This document shows positions 16,084 to 27,529 of a stretch of 40,739 nucleotides of DNA, piece after piece. The notes beneath the pieces were generated by a model, which did no database searches, had not been told where the DNA came from, and saw only the letters and a program-made list of their open reading frames with translations. Positions within the stretch are counted from its first letter, which is position 1, and the number at the start of each line of letters is the position of its first letter. A program made the position numbers and the translations under genes. The stretch is taken from assembly GCA_017620115.1 (NCBI GenBank), contig JAFZRB010000053.1:1-40739 (forward strand), written 5' to 3'. This stretch comes from Clostridia bacterium. Lineage in GTDB: Bacteria; Bacillota; Clostridia; Christensenellales; Aristaeellaceae.

Positions 16084-17478
16084 TCACACGTCGTCGCGCG
16101 TGATGTTTTTAAGCCATGTGAATTTGAAATAGTGCCGTATGATGACGGGCATCTTGACGAACTCGTCAAGACAAAGTATGAAATACACCCACATCGGCGG
16201 CAGCTTCAGCACGAACGCGCTGAAAAAGCCGATCGGCACGGCGTAAGCCCACATGGAGAACAGATCCGTAAAGAGGCCGAACTTCACGTCGCCGCCCGCG
16301 CGGTAAATACCGCAGATGAGCATGGTATTCACAGACTGGCCCAGCGCATAGTAGCTCGAGATAAACAGCATGATGCTGAAATATCCTCTCGCCTCGTCGG
16401 ACAGCTTGAAGTAACCGCTGCCCGTAAGCTGCAGGAGCAGGGGGCGCGTCGCCAGTATGATCAGCCCGCCGACGATGGCTGTATACGCGCTCAGGCGCGC
16501 AAGGCGTCCGGCATAGCGCCGGGCGTCTTCCAGCCGGTTGTCGCCCATGGCCTTGCCGAGGATGATGGCGGCGCTGCTCGAACAGCCGAAGCACACCACC
16601 GTGGCCAGACTGCGCACCGTGGCGTTGAGCGAATTGGCCGCCACCACGTCGCTGGAAAGATGCCCCAGGATCACCGAATACATGGTGAACGCCATGCCCC
16701 ATATCATGTCGTTGGCCATGGAAGGCAGCGCGTATTTGAGAAAATCCCGCGTCAGCGCGGCGTAACGCGCGAAGAAATCGCCGATGCGCAGACGGACCCT
16801 CCTGCACAGCCTGCTGTCGATCACACAGACGACCAGCTCGATCGCGCGCGTGATGGAAGTCGCCAGCGCCACGCCCACGATGCCCAGTTCGGGGAAAAAG
16901 CCCAGTCCGAAGATGAAGCAGGCGTTCAGCAGCACGTTGAGCGCCACCGCCGCGCCGTGAACCGCCGCGCTCATCACCACGCGCTCCACGCTGCGCATCG
17001 AGCACAGATAGATCGAGCAGAAGCCGTTGAACACGTAAGCGGCGCCTATCGCGCGCAGATACTGGCAGCCCGCGTCGATGAGCGCTTCATCCGCGGTGAA
17101 TATGCGCATGAGCCAGGCCGGCGCCAGCCAAGCGGCCAGCGCGAACGCCAAAGAGATGACGATGGTCATGCGGATCGCGATGGCCATGACCTTCTCGATG
17201 GTGCGCGTGTCGCCCTTGCCCCAGTACTGCGAGCACATCACCGCGGCGCCGCCCGACAGCCCGTAGAAGATCATCGAGAGCACAAACTGCACCTGGCCCG
17301 CCAGCGAAGAGGCCGACAGCGCCGTCTGGCTGACGAAGCTGAGCATCACCACGTCCGCCGCGTTGACGGCGGAATCCATCAGATTCTGCAGCACGATGGG
17401 CAGCGTGAGCCGCAGCGTCATCCTGTAAAAGCCGCGCCGTTCGAGCTTTCTGTCCTGCGCCGCCGCGATATCGTTCAT
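16084..17478 (-). CDS. MATE-family efflux transporter
   Basis: 12-TM-type sequence with LPIVLQNLMDSAVNAADVVMLS at the N-terminus. ATG at 17478; the track start at 17517 is over-extended. Confidence 0.9.
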   Translation of the reverse strand: MNDIAAAQDRKLERRGFYRMTLRLTLPIVLQNLMDSAVNAADVVMLSFVSQTALSASSLAGQVQFVLSMIFYGLSGGAAVMCSQYWGKGDTRTIEKVMAIAIRMTIVISLAFALAAWLAPAWLMRIFTADEALIDAGCQYLRAIGAAYVFNGFCSIYLCSMRSVERVVMSAAVHGAAVALNVLLNACFIFGLGFFPELGIVGVALATSITRAIELVVCVIDSRLCRRVRLRIGDFFARYAALTRDFLKYALPSMANDMIWGMAFTMYSVILGHLSSDVVAANSLNATVRSLATVVCFGCSSSAAIILGKAMGDNRLEDARRYAGRLARLSAYTAIVGGLIILATRPLLLQLTGSGYFKLSDEARGYFSIMLFISSYYALGQSVNTMLICGIYRAGGDVKFGLFTDLFSMWAYAVPIGFFSAFVLKLPPMWVYFILCLDEFVKMPVIIRHYFKFTWLKNITRDDV

Positions 17479-17491
17479 GAAAACCGTCCTT

Positions 17492-18397
17492 TCAGAGCGT
17501 CGTGGGCATCGGCACAAAGCGGGGCGCTTCCTCCGCGTCCTCCGCCGCCGCGAGGCTGAGCAGCGCCGCCTCCAGCTGGACGCCGAAACGCGGATCGGCG
17601 CCGCTCGCCACGCTGGCCTCGATCACGCGCCGCACAAAGCCGCCCGCCTGCCGCACGGCGTCCTTCATATTCGCGCCGCGCAGCAGCGCGCCGGTGAGCA
17701 CGGAGGTGAACAGGTCGCCCGTGCCGTGATACGCCGCGCCCACGCGGCGGTACGGGCACACCCAAAAGCCCGCTTCGCCCCTGGCTCGGCAGACGTTGGC
17801 GTGCTCTCCGTCCGCCAGGACGGCGCTGGTAATCACCACGTTTTCCGCCGAAAAGCCGTTCAGCAGCGCGAAAAGCGCCGCGTCGCTCATGGGGCCGTCG
17901 GAGCAGGATTCGTTCAGCATCAGCGCCGCTTCGGTCACGTTGGGCGTGATCACGTCGGCCTCGTCGCACAGCCGCTTCATGGCCTTCGGCATATCCGCCG
18001 GCACGCCGCTGTACAGCCGGCCGTTATCCGCCATCGCGGGATCGACCACGGCCAACGCGCTGTGAGCGGCGCGCTGCCAGGCGATGATCTCCTTCACCAG
18101 ATCGACCTGGCCCGTGTCGGCCAGATACCCGCTGTAGACCGCGTCCGCCGAGACACCCAGCTTCTTCCAGTGGGCCAGGCAGGCGGGCATGAATTCGTCC
18201 AGGCGCTGCACGGCGACGTCTGAAAAGCCCGTGTGGGCGCTCAGGATCGCCGTGGGCAGCGGCAGGGGCTGCACGCCCATCGCCGCCAGCGTGGGAATGA
18301 CCAGCGTCAGGGCGCACCGGCCAAAGCACGACAGATCGTGGACGGCGATGACGCTCTTTACGGGCAGGATTCCGGGATCGGTTTGTTTGTTATCCAT
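17492..18397 (-). CDS. pdxK: Pyridoxal/pyridoxamine kinase (PdxK/PdxY family)
   Basis: AVHDLSCFGRCALTLVIPTLAAMGVQPLPLPTAILSAHTG and GTGDLFTSVLTGALL are ribokinase-superfamily PdxK motifs. The ATG is at 18397; the codon at 18400 is TTG. Confidence 0.85.
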   Translation of the reverse strand: MDNKQTDPGILPVKSVIAVHDLSCFGRCALTLVIPTLAAMGVQPLPLPTAILSAHTGFSDVAVQRLDEFMPACLAHWKKLGVSADAVYSGYLADTGQVDLVKEIIAWQRAAHSALAVVDPAMADNGRLYSGVPADMPKAMKRLCDEADVITPNVTEAALMLNESCSDGPMSDAALFALLNGFSAENVVITSAVLADGEHANVCRARGEAGFWVCPYRRVGAAYHGTGDLFTSVLTGALLRGANMKDAVRQAGGFVRRVIEASVASGADPRFGVQLEAALLSLAAAEDAEEAPRFVPMPTTL

Positions 18398-18417
18398 CAA
18401 AATTACGCTTTCCTATA

Positions 18418-19602
18418 CTACTTTCTGAGCGATTCAACAAACGCCCGCATTCTTGCCATGGCCTCGATCACCTTGTCGGTGGCTGTGGCGTAGGAACGGC
18501 GCACATAGCCCTCGCCCGATTCGCCGAAGGCCGTGCCCGGCACGCAGGCCACCTTCTGCTCCCGGAGCAGCCGTTCGGCAAATTCCTGCGAGCTGAGGCC
18601 GGTGCTCCTGACGCAGGGAAAGGTGTAAAACGCGCCGCGCGGTTCAAAGCAGCTGAGGCCCATCTTCCGATAGGCGTCCAGCATGATGCGGCGGCGGCGG
18701 TCGTAGGTGCGCACCATCTCGCGCACATAGGCGTAGCCGGTCTCGCGGCCCACCTTCAGCGCCTCGAGCGCGGCGTACTGCCCCGCCGTAGGCGCGCACA
18801 GGATCGTGTACTGGTGCATTTTCAGCATCACGCGCAGGATCTCGGCGGGGGCGCAGGCGTAGCCCATGCGCCAGCCGGTCATGGCGAACGCCTTCGAAAA
18901 GCCGTTCAGCGTGATCGTGCGCTCCCGCATGCCGTCGATGGAGGCAAAGCTCACGTGCTTTTTGCCCTCATAGGTCAGCTCGGCGTAAATCTCGTCTGAA
19001 ATGACGATGATGTCCGTGCCCCGCAGCACGTCGGCCAGCGCCTCCAGATGCGTCCGCTCCATGATCGCGCCCGTGGGATTGTTGGGATACGGCAGGATCA
19101 GCGCCTTCGTGCGCGGCGTGATGGCCGCCCGCAGCGCCTCCGCCGTGAGGCGGAACTCATCCTCCTCGCGCGTGACGACGGGCCTGGGCACGCCGCCGGC
19201 GAAGATGACGCCCGGACTGTAGGACACGTAGCTCGGGTCGGGCATGAGCACCTCGTCGCCCGGCTCGATGAGCGCGCGCAGCGCCAGGTCGATGCCCTCG
19301 CTGGCGCCTACCGTCATGAATATTTCCGTCTTGGGATCATAGCGCACGCCGAAGCGCTCTTCACGGTAATCGCAGGCGGCTTCGCGCAGTTCGATCAGGC
19401 CGGCGTTCGCCGTGTAGTGCGTGCGGCCCTGCCGCATGGAATAGATGGCGGCGTCGTTTACGATCCACTGGCTGGTGAAATCCGGTTCGCCGACGCCCAG
19501 CGAAATGGCGTCCTTCATCGAACTGACCACGTCGAAGAACTTGCGGATGCCTGAAGGGGGGACGTCCTTGATGCGCCGGCACAGGATCCTGTCGTAATTC
19601 AT
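18418..19602 (-). CDS. Class I/II PLP-dependent aminotransferase (aspartate/aromatic type)
   Basis: LGVGEPDF..., NPTGA and SKAFAMTGWRMGY (PLP lysine motif). 394 aa. Confidence 0.9.
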   Translation of the reverse strand: MNYDRILCRRIKDVPPSGIRKFFDVVSSMKDAISLGVGEPDFTSQWIVNDAAIYSMRQGRTHYTANAGLIELREAACDYREERFGVRYDPKTEIFMTVGASEGIDLALRALIEPGDEVLMPDPSYVSYSPGVIFAGGVPRPVVTREEDEFRLTAEALRAAITPRTKALILPYPNNPTGAIMERTHLEALADVLRGTDIIVISDEIYAELTYEGKKHVSFASIDGMRERTITLNGFSKAFAMTGWRMGYACAPAEILRVMLKMHQYTILCAPTAGQYAALEALKVGRETGYAYVREMVRTYDRRRRIMLDAYRKMGLSCFEPRGAFYTFPCVRSTGLSSQEFAERLLREQKVACVPGTAFGESGEGYVRRSYATATDKVIEAMARMRAFVESLRK

Positions 19603-20093
19603 GGCGAGACCACCAGTCTTTCATCCTTCCTGCGCTCCTCGAAAATCACGCCTTCGAGCTTGTATTTTTTGAGCACGAAGTGCGTGGCCGTCGACAGCAC
19701 ATGGTCGAGCGTGGAGAGTTTTTCCGCCACGAACAGCGCCAGCTGTTTCATGCTGGACGCCTTCACCGTGACCATCAGATCGTACGCGCCGCTCATCAGG
19801 TAGACGGAAGACACCTCGTCGAAGCGATAGATTTCCTCCGCGATGGCGTCGAAGCCCTCGTCGCGCTGCGGCGTGACGCGCACCTCGATGACCGCCTCCA
19901 CCTGATCGACGTCCACGCGATCCCAGTTGATCATGGCGGGATATTTCAGGATGATTTTCTGAGCTTCGAGGCTGCGGATCACGGCCGTGACCTCCTCCTC
20001 GCTGTGCCCGGTCATCACGGCGATCTGAGCGGGCGAGGTGCGCGAATCGTTGTACAGGATTTCGAGGATCGAGAGTTCAAGATCACGAATCAT
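19599..20093 (-). CDS. Lrp/AsnC-family transcriptional regulator
   Basis: MIRDLELSILEILYNDSRTSPAQIAVMTG (HTH) plus a RAM-like domain. ATG at 20093 follows AAGGAGG. Its stop overlaps the aminotransferase ATG. Confidence 0.9.
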   Translation of the reverse strand: MIRDLELSILEILYNDSRTSPAQIAVMTGHSEEEVTAVIRSLEAQKIILKYPAMINWDRVDVDQVEAVIEVRVTPQRDEGFDAIAEEIYRFDEVSSVYLMSGAYDLMVTVKASSMKQLALFVAEKLSTLDHVLSTATHFVLKKYKLEGVIFEERRKDERLVVSP

Positions 20094-20228
20094 ATCTGAC
20101 GGCCTCCTTACTATGAGCCGGGAATGCCGGGCGCGCCTGTGAGCCATTCCCCTGCGGTAATGGCTCATATTATAGATGAAGTTGCGCGGCGGGTCAACGA
20201 AGGTTTGGGAAAATATCGGTGTTCGGAC

Positions 20229-20253
20229 AGAAAAAGCCGGATCGTTCCGGCTT
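20229..20253 (-). terminator. Rho-independent terminator after the MazG-like gene
   Basis: The minus strand reads AGCCGGA, loop ACGA, TCCGGCT, then TTTTTCTG. Confidence 0.7.
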
Positions 20254-20273
20254 TCCGTAAGAGGCGATCCCGC

Positions 20274-20630
20274 TTATTTTTCAAGATAGCGCGCGTGCTC
20301 GCCCACGAAATCGCGCTTGAGATTGCGGTCGGCCTTGGCGCGGTAGGCCTTCTCGAATTCCTCCGCCGTGACGCCGCAGCACAGCATCACATCGGTCAGG
20401 TACATGAACACGTCCGCCATTTCCTCGCAGAAATGCGCGCGCACGTTTTCATCCGCCACGACCGCCTCCGCGCCGCGCTTCTTGAGGATGGCCGATACCT
20501 CCCCGATCTCCTCCACCGCGTAGAGCAGGTGGTTTTTTGCCGTATCCGGACAGTCGCCCTCCCACACGCCGCGGTATTTCTCCTGCAGCGCCGTCTGGAT
20601 ATCCATAAGATCCCGGAACGTCAAGCTCAT
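20274..20630 (-). CDS. MazG-like nucleoside triphosphate pyrophosphohydrolase domain protein
   Basis: LLYAVEEIGEVSAILKKRG...FCEEMADVFMYLTDV matches the EExxE/ExxD MazG helices. ATG at 20630 has AGGAGG about 10 nt upstream. The track start at 20648 is an alternative. Confidence 0.8.
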   Translation of the reverse strand: MSLTFRDLMDIQTALQEKYRGVWEGDCPDTAKNHLLYAVEEIGEVSAILKKRGAEAVVADENVRAHFCEEMADVFMYLTDVMLCCGVTAEEFEKAYRAKADRNLKRDFVGEHARYLEK

Positions 20631-20644
20631 GCCTCTTTTCCTCC

Positions 20645-21445
20645 TCATGCGATCGTGCCGAAGAAATGCAGGATGTTCATGTCCTCGATCTGGCGGCTGC
20701 CATGCGCGCCGTGGCCGTCCATCGTGAGGTGCTGGCCATGGTCGGGCGAATAGGTCAGCAGCGTCCTGTGCTGCCCGCGGCGCCTTTCCATGGTTTCGGC
20801 CAGCCGGTGGAAGCCTTCGGCCTCCAGCGACACGGCGTTGAGGGCTTCCCTGGATTCCGGGCCGTAGGCGTGCGCGGCGTTGTCGTACTCGAAGGTATGG
20901 ATGCTGACCACGTCGTACCTGTCCGACTCGAGCAGCTCGAGCGACTTCTCCTGCACCTCCAGGCCGCTGGCCGCCTCGAAGTAATCGAGCGCGCGGCCCG
21001 CGAAGATGTGCAGGAAGGTCGAGTCAGCCTGCGCCACGATGGCGACCTTTTTGCCCGCGCGCAGCAGCGCGTCGAACAGCGTGTCGCAGTCCAGCCGCGG
21101 GCGCACATAGGTTCGGATGCCATGTCCCTCCGGCTCAAGGCCCGTATACATGGTGGCATGGGCCACGGGCGTCACCGACTCGACCGTGCTGACGAAGGGC
21201 ACGGCCAGCGAGGTGTGCCTGTAAACCGGCGCGAACAGGCCCGTGTACTGCTGCCAGATATACTGTCCAACCGCGTCCGCGTGATACAGCACGGCGCGGT
21301 CCGCCGCGCCGCCGAGGCGCTCGCGCAGCAGGCCGGACAGCCATCCGATCGGCGGCGCATAGGTCTCCGGCAGGGGCAGTTCCATGCAGTCGGCGACGAT
21401 GCCGGCAAAGTGTTTCAGACTGTAGAGGTTATAATGGTCCGCCAT
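20645..21445 (-). CDS. Alkaline-phosphatase-superfamily protein (nucleotide pyrophosphatase/phosphodiesterase-like)
   Basis: YHADAVG, the nucleophile-region motif VESVTPVAHATMYTGLEPEGHGI, and the C-terminal SPDHGQH...GAHGS are NPP-type metal and nucleophile motifs. Confidence 0.75.
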   Translation of the reverse strand: MADHYNLYSLKHFAGIVADCMELPLPETYAPPIGWLSGLLRERLGGAADRAVLYHADAVGQYIWQQYTGLFAPVYRHTSLAVPFVSTVESVTPVAHATMYTGLEPEGHGIRTYVRPRLDCDTLFDALLRAGKKVAIVAQADSTFLHIFAGRALDYFEAASGLEVQEKSLELLESDRYDVVSIHTFEYDNAAHAYGPESREALNAVSLEAEGFHRLAETMERRRGQHRTLLTYSPDHGQHLTMDGHGAHGSRQIEDMNILHFFGTIA

Positions 21446-21479
21446 GCAGATCCCTCCGTATGATCATTTGCTGGACAGT

Positions 21480-21508
21480 ATTATAGCACAAACCGGACGC
21501 GTATGCAA
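21480..21508 (-). promoter_or_regulatory. Sigma-A promoter (extended -10) of the phosphodiesterase/MazG operon
   Basis: The minus strand reads TTGCAT (21508-21503), 17 nt ending in TGC, TATAAT (21485-21480). Confidence 0.65.
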
Positions 21509-21509
21509 A

Positions 21510-21551
21510 GCAAAAAGGCCGCCCCGGCTTCAAAGACGCGCGAGGCAGCCT
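21510..21551 (-). terminator. Terminator of the amino-acid ABC operon
   Basis: The minus strand reads AGGCTGCCTCG, 13-nt loop, CGGGGCGGCCT (two G-U pairs), then TTTTGC. Confidence 0.55.
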
Positions 21552-21611
21552 CTTTTCGTTTTTCGCCCCCGGCGATAACAGCCGCGTTTTCGGATTGTTT
21601 TTGAATCCCGC

Positions 21612-22412
21612 TTATTCCGCTTCCGGCGCGACGGTGATGTCGATGCCGAAATACTTCTCGGAAATGGCGGTGAGGGTTCCGTCCTCGCGCAGGGCTTCGA
21701 TGGCGTCGTTCAGCGCGGCCAGCAGCGCGGCGTTGTCCTCGCCCTTGAGAAGCGGGAAGGCCACGAGGCTGGGCTCCGCGCTGATGGCGGCGATTTTCAG
21801 ATTGGCGTCGGGATGCTCCTTCATGAAATCGTAGAAGGACAGTTCGGCGTTCAGCGTGGCGTCGACGCGGCCGTTGAGCACTTCCTCCATCGTCTGAGCC
21901 AGGGTGCTCACCAGGCGGGTGTCCGCGCCGTAGGAAGATGCGATCTGCTCGTAGGTGCTGCCGCCGGAATTGGCCGTCACGCGGCCGTTCAGGTCTTCAA
22001 AGGCATTGATGCCGTCGTTGTCGCCGCGCACGATCAGCACGGTGTTCAGATAGGCGTAAGGCGCGGAGAAATCATACTTCTCCTCGCGTTCGGGCGTGAT
22101 CTCGACGCCGTTGGCCATGATGTCGTACATGCCATTGTCGAGGCCCATCAGAAGGCCCTCCCACACGCCTTCGATGAAATCCGGCTCAAGGCCGATCTTT
22201 TCAGCCACGGCGCGCGCGATCTCCACGTCGAAACCGACCAGATCCTCGGTCTCCGCGTCATGATAGGTCCAGGGCGCCCATTCGCCTTCGGTCGCGATGG
22301 TGATGGAACCGCGCGCCTGCAGCTCGGCGAGCCTGTCGCCGTCGGCGAAACCTGCGGCCGCCGTCGTCAGCAGAAGCAGTGCGGTCAGGAGAGAAATAAG
22401 CCTGCGGGTCAT
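21612..22412 (-). CDS. Amino-acid ABC transporter substrate-binding protein (PBP type 3)
   Basis: Signal peptide MTRRLISLLTALLLLTTAAAG, then ITIATEGEWAPWTY...GFDVEIA...DIMANGVEITPERE. Confidence 0.9.
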   Translation of the reverse strand: MTRRLISLLTALLLLTTAAAGFADGDRLAELQARGSITIATEGEWAPWTYHDAETEDLVGFDVEIARAVAEKIGLEPDFIEGVWEGLLMGLDNGMYDIMANGVEITPEREEKYDFSAPYAYLNTVLIVRGDNDGINAFEDLNGRVTANSGGSTYEQIASSYGADTRLVSTLAQTMEEVLNGRVDATLNAELSFYDFMKEHPDANLKIAAISAEPSLVAFPLLKGEDNAALLAALNDAIEALREDGTLTAISEKYFGIDITVAPEAE

Positions 22413-22457
22413 GATTCATCTTCCTTTCATTTCTTTTATCTATCTTTCGGGCGCGCC

Positions 22458-23201
22458 TCAGCGGTTTTCCTCGCTGATCGTGCGCAGGAAAGCGCGGGTT
22501 CGTTCCTCGCGGGGATGCGCGAAGAACTCGCGAGACGGCCCTTCCTCGGCGATGACGCCGTCCTCCATGAAAATCACGTGATTGGATACGTCGCGAGCGA
22601 AACGCATCTCGTGCGTCACCACCAGCATGGTCATGCCCGAGGAAGCCAGGTCGCGCATCACGGCCAGCACCTCGCCTATGAGCTCGGGATCGAGCGCCGA
22701 GGTGGGCTCGTCGAAATAGATGATATCCGGCCGGGTGGCCATGGCCCGCGCGATCGCCACGCGCTGCTGCTGGCCGCCGGACAGCTGGCTCGGATAGTGG
22801 CTGGCGCGATCCTCGAGCCCAACCTGCCTGAGCGCCGCCATGGCGACGCCGTTCGCCTCGTCCTTCTTCATCCGGCGCGCGACGATCAGGCCCTCCGTCA
22901 CGTTCTGCAGCGCCGTTTTGTTGCTGAAGAGGTTGAAATTCTGGAACACGAAACCCGTGCGCATGCGGATGGAAGCGATATCTTTCTTCGACATGCGGCC
23001 CAGGTCATAGCTGCGGTTCTCGAAAACCAGCTCGCCTTCGTCGGCCTTTTCCAGAAAATTAAGGCAGCGCAGGAGCGTGGTCTTGCCCGATCCGCTCGGC
23101 CCGATGACGGCGGTCACATCGCCGCGGTTGACTCTGAGCGAAAGATCCCTGAGCACCGTGAGCGCGCCGAACGACTTTTTCAGATGCCTGACCTCAAGCA
23201 T
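22458..23201 (-). CDS. Amino-acid ABC transporter ATP-binding protein
   Basis: Walker [10 protein letters not shown], signature [14 protein letters not shown], Walker [13 protein letters not shown]. Confidence 0.95.
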   Translation of the reverse strand: MLEVRHLKKSFGALTVLRDLSLRVNRGDVTAVIGPSGSGKTTLLRCLNFLEKADEGELVFENRSYDLGRMSKKDIASIRMRTGFVFQNFNLFSNKTALQNVTEGLIVARRMKKDEANGVAMAALRQVGLEDRASHYPSQLSGGQQQRVAIARAMATRPDIIYFDEPTSALDPELIGEVLAVMRDLASSGMTMLVVTHEMRFARDVSNHVIFMEDGVIAEEGPSREFFAHPREERTRAFLRTISEENR

Positions 23202-23877
23202 GGCGCGCCTCCTTTACGCCGTAGGCGCTCAGCTTCTTTTCGCCGGCGCGCTGCAGCCAGGTCAGCAGCGTCGAGAAGATGAGGTAAATCAGCGCCACCT
23301 CGAGGTAGAGCGCCAGCGGCTCGTAGGTGCGCGCCACCACGCGCTGCGTGGCCATGAACATCTCCGTCACCGTAATGTTCGCGGCCAGCGACGTGTCCTT
23401 CACCATCGAAATGAGCGAGTTGCTCAGCGGCGGGAAGGCCGTGCGCAGCGCCTGCGGCAGCACGATGCGCCGCATCACCTGAACGAAGCTGAGGCCGGCG
23501 CAGTAGCCCGCTTCGATCTGTCCGACCGGCACGGACTCCAGCGCGCCGCGCATGGTTTCCGCGCAATACGCGCCTTCATTGATGGAAAACACCAGAACCG
23601 CCGCCGGAAAGGCGTTCATCACGATACTCACCTTGGGCAGGCCGTAGTATACCACGAACAGCTGCACCAGCAGCGGCGTGCCCCGGATGACCCAGATGTA
23701 AAACCGGGCGAGCTGCGTGAGCACCTTCACATGAGCGAACTGGATCAGCGCCACCACGACGGCGATCACCATAGCCAGCGAAAAGGCGATCACCGTGAGC
23801 GGGATCGTCATCCTGAGGCCGGGCAGCAGAATCTTCGGGAACGAATCGATCAGAATGCCCCACAGTCTTTCCGTCAT
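23194..23877 (-). CDS. Amino-acid ABC transporter permease (His/Glu/Gln/Arg/opine family)
   Basis: Polytopic protein with the EAA-like loop [24 protein letters not shown]. It overlaps the ATPase start. Confidence 0.9.
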   Translation of the reverse strand: MTERLWGILIDSFPKILLPGLRMTIPLTVIAFSLAMVIAVVVALIQFAHVKVLTQLARFYIWVIRGTPLLVQLFVVYYGLPKVSIVMNAFPAAVLVFSINEGAYCAETMRGALESVPVGQIEAGYCAGLSFVQVMRRIVLPQALRTAFPPLSNSLISMVKDTSLAANITVTEMFMATQRVVARTYEPLALYLEVALIYLIFSTLLTWLQRAGEKKLSAYGVKEARHA

Positions 23878-24026
23878 ACAGCCATTTCTTCCCTATTATT
23901 GTTTTGTTTGAGTGTAGCACAGCCATGCGAAAAAGGCAATGGCCGCAAGCGTAAAATGTGCTGTATTTTGCGGCGGGACGAAGGCGCTTCTGTAAAGTTA
24001 TCAGGCGCAGTTTTTTCACAAAGCCA

Positions 24027-24055
24027 TTGAATTTCTCCGGAAAAAGAGGTATCAT
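24027..24055 (+). promoter_or_regulatory. Sigma-A promoter for the PHP protein and glpK
   Basis: TTGAAT (24027-24032), 17 nt, TATCAT (24050-24055). Confidence 0.55.
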
Positions 24056-24080
24056 ATCACTTACAGGAGGTGTTTTTGTT

Positions 24081-24875
24081 ATGCCGTTCCCCATCGATCA
24101 CGATATGCACTGCCACTCATGCCTTTCATCCTGCTCGTCTGACCCGGCGCAGTCCGCGCAGGCCATCCTGGATCACGCAAAAGCCCACGGCTACACGCTT
24201 CAATGCATCACCGACCATCTGTGGGACAATCTCGTGCCCGGCGCAAGCGGCTGGTACGCGCCCCAGGACGTGGAGCACGTGAAAAAGAATCTGCCCCTGC
24301 CGAAGGACGATCAGGTGCGGATGGTATTCGGCTGCGAGACGGAGTTCCTCGGCGGCAGCCGGCTCGGACTCGATCCCCGCCACTACGACGATTTCGATTT
24401 CATCGTCATCCCGCCGAACCACTTTCACATGAAGAACTTCGTGCGCCCCGACACATATGATACCGAGGAAAAGATCGCGGATCTTTTCGTGCGGCGGCTG
24501 GAGGAGATTTCAAACCTCGACCTGCCGTGGCGCAAGGTAGGCATCGCGCACATGGTCTGCGGGCTTATCTTCAAGGAGGGCGATCAGTATCGCGTCTACG
24601 AGCTGATCGACGAGGCGCGATTCCGCGCGGTCATGCGCAAGTTCGCCCGGCTGGGCGCCGGCATCGAAATCAACCTCTCTTCCTTCTGGCCGGACTGGAA
24701 GGCGCATGAAGACGCCATGCTGCGCCTCTACCGCCTCGCGAAGGAGGAGGGCTGCAAATTCTACCTCGCCAGCGACGCGCACCACCCCAGGGAACTGGAA
24801 CTCGTGCCCGGCCTTGCGCCCGGCGTGGTGGAGGCGCTCGGCCTGACGGAGGCGGATCGCTTCATCCTGGAATAA
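24081..24875 (+). CDS. PHP-domain (polymerase/histidinol-phosphatase-like) metal-dependent phosphoesterase
   Basis: [21 protein letters not shown]...CITDH fits the PHP His/Asp motifs. ATG at 24081 follows AGGAGGTG; the track start at 23958 is over-extended. Confidence 0.75.
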   Translation: MPFPIDHDMHCHSCLSSCSSDPAQSAQAILDHAKAHGYTLQCITDHLWDNLVPGASGWYAPQDVEHVKKNLPLPKDDQVRMVFGCETEFLGGSRLGLDPRHYDDFDFIVIPPNHFHMKNFVRPDTYDTEEKIADLFVRRLEEISNLDLPWRKVGIAHMVCGLIFKEGDQYRVYELIDEARFRAVMRKFARLGAGIEINLSSFWPDWKAHEDAMLRLYRLAKEEGCKFYLASDAHHPRELELVPGLAPGVVEALGLTEADRFILE

Positions 24876-24909
24876 GCCCCGGTCATCGCATACAGAAAAG
24901 GAGTTTATC

Positions 24910-26406
<1,497 letters not shown>

Positions 26407-26416
26407 CGATTCCAAC

Positions 26417-26454
26417 AAAACAGAGGAGAGCGCCCGCTCCCCTCTGTTTTGTCT
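26417..26454. terminator. Bidirectional terminator between glpK and the deacetylase gene
   Basis: AAAACAGAGGAGAGC / GCTCCCCTCTGTTTT stem with one mismatch and U-tracts on both strands. Confidence 0.65.
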
Positions 26455-26470
26455 GGGATTTCTTTTTTGG

Positions 26471-27529
26471 CTATTTGACGAGCTCCTCGTCGAAAAGCGC
26501 CGCCCAGGTCGCCGGGCCGCACACGCCGTCGGCGTCGAGGCCGCGGCTCTTCTGAAACGCCCGCACGGCCTCTGCGGTCTTCGCGCCATAGTAGCCGTTA
26601 TAGTTGCCGCTCAGGAAACCGAGTTCGCTCAGGCGCGCCTGAACGAGATAGACGTCGTGCAGGTAGTCCTCCAGATGCAGTATCTGCGGGAAGCGCTCGT
26701 ATTCGGTCAGCGGTTCCGGCTCCGTGTCTTCGTCCAGCTCCCAGGTTTCGTTGTCCGGCAGGCCGAACAGCTCGTTCATCGTCACAAAGGTATAGCCCAT
26801 TTTATACAGCTTCGGAACCAGCTCCTTCAGCTGAGCCAGATCGTCGGCCGTGGTGTGAAACAGCAGCACGTCGCCTGAGGCGATGTTCTGCGTGATGTAC
26901 GACGTGGACTGCAGAACGCCCACCTTGCTCCAGTACGCGATGCCGTAATAACCCAGCTGGCGCAGATAGGCGTGGGTGCGCTGGTCGTAGCGGTCGTCGC
27001 CGCCGCGCGGGCGCAGAAAGTGCATCTGGTAACTCACGCCCAGCGCCTCGCTCACCGCCCGGTTCTGCGACCAGATCTGGCGGCACATGCCCTCGTCGTC
27101 CTCATGATACAAGCCGCTGTGATCCCACGTGTGGTTTTCGATTTCAAAGCCGTCCTCCCAGGCGTCTTTCAGCGTTTCCTTCAGGAAGGAAATATTCTCG
27201 CCGATGGGAAAAATCGTCGCCGTGCCGCCGTATTTTTTAAAGAGCTTGATGATTTCGCGCAGGTTGTTCACCTGGTTGCAGTCGTCGATGGTGAACGCGA
27301 TCATCTTGCCGCGGGTTTTGGCCGAGTAAAACACCGGCAGGAATCCGTCCACGATTTCCGGCTGCACGCAGGAAGCCAGATGCTCCATGGTTTCATCGGA
27401 CGGATACACATGCGTCTGCGCCTCGGCGGGATTCACCAGATCCAGCGCGAGAAACGCTATGCTCAGCGCGCAGAGGAACGCCGCCGCGCGCCTCACCGCC
27501 CCGCGCGATACCTCTTTGATGCCATTCAT
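26471..27529 (-). CDS. Polysaccharide deacetylase (NodB domain) with C-terminal peptidoglycan-binding domain
   Basis: FTIDDC...FPIGENI...ENHTWDH NodB motifs. The C-terminus YNGYYGAKTAEAVRAFQKSRGLDADGVCGPATWAAL is a PG_binding_1-type domain. ATG at 27529; the track start at 27589 is a TTG. Confidence 0.85.
   Translation of the reverse strand: MNGIKEVSRGAVRRAAAFLCALSIAFLALDLVNPAEAQTHVYPSDETMEHLASCVQPEIVDGFLPVFYSAKTRGKMIAFTIDDCNQVNNLREIIKLFKKYGGTATIFPIGENISFLKETLKDAWEDGFEIENHTWDHSGLYHEDDEGMCRQIWSQNRAVSEALGVSYQMHFLRPRGGDDRYDQRTHAYLRQLGYYGIAYWSKVGVLQSTSYITQNIASGDVLLFHTTADDLAQLKELVPKLYKMGYTFVTMNELFGLPDNETWELDEDTEPEPLTEYERFPQILHLEDYLHDVYLVQARLSELGFLSGNYNGYYGAKTAEAVRAFQKSRGLDADGVCGPATWAALFDEELVK

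Noticed and set aside
16132-17559. 475-aa plus-strand ORF. The 381-aa ORF at 24883-26028, the 425-aa ORF at 30385-31662, the 353-aa ORF at 31509-32570, the 339-aa ORF at 34620-35639, and the 275-aa ORF at 27609-28436 are similar cases.
   Set aside because: All are antisense to well-supported genes (MATE, glpK, radical SAM, DUF4130, Gfo oxidoreductase, spoIIR). They have Arg/Ala/Gly-biased composition and no start context, so I treat them as GC-driven open frames.
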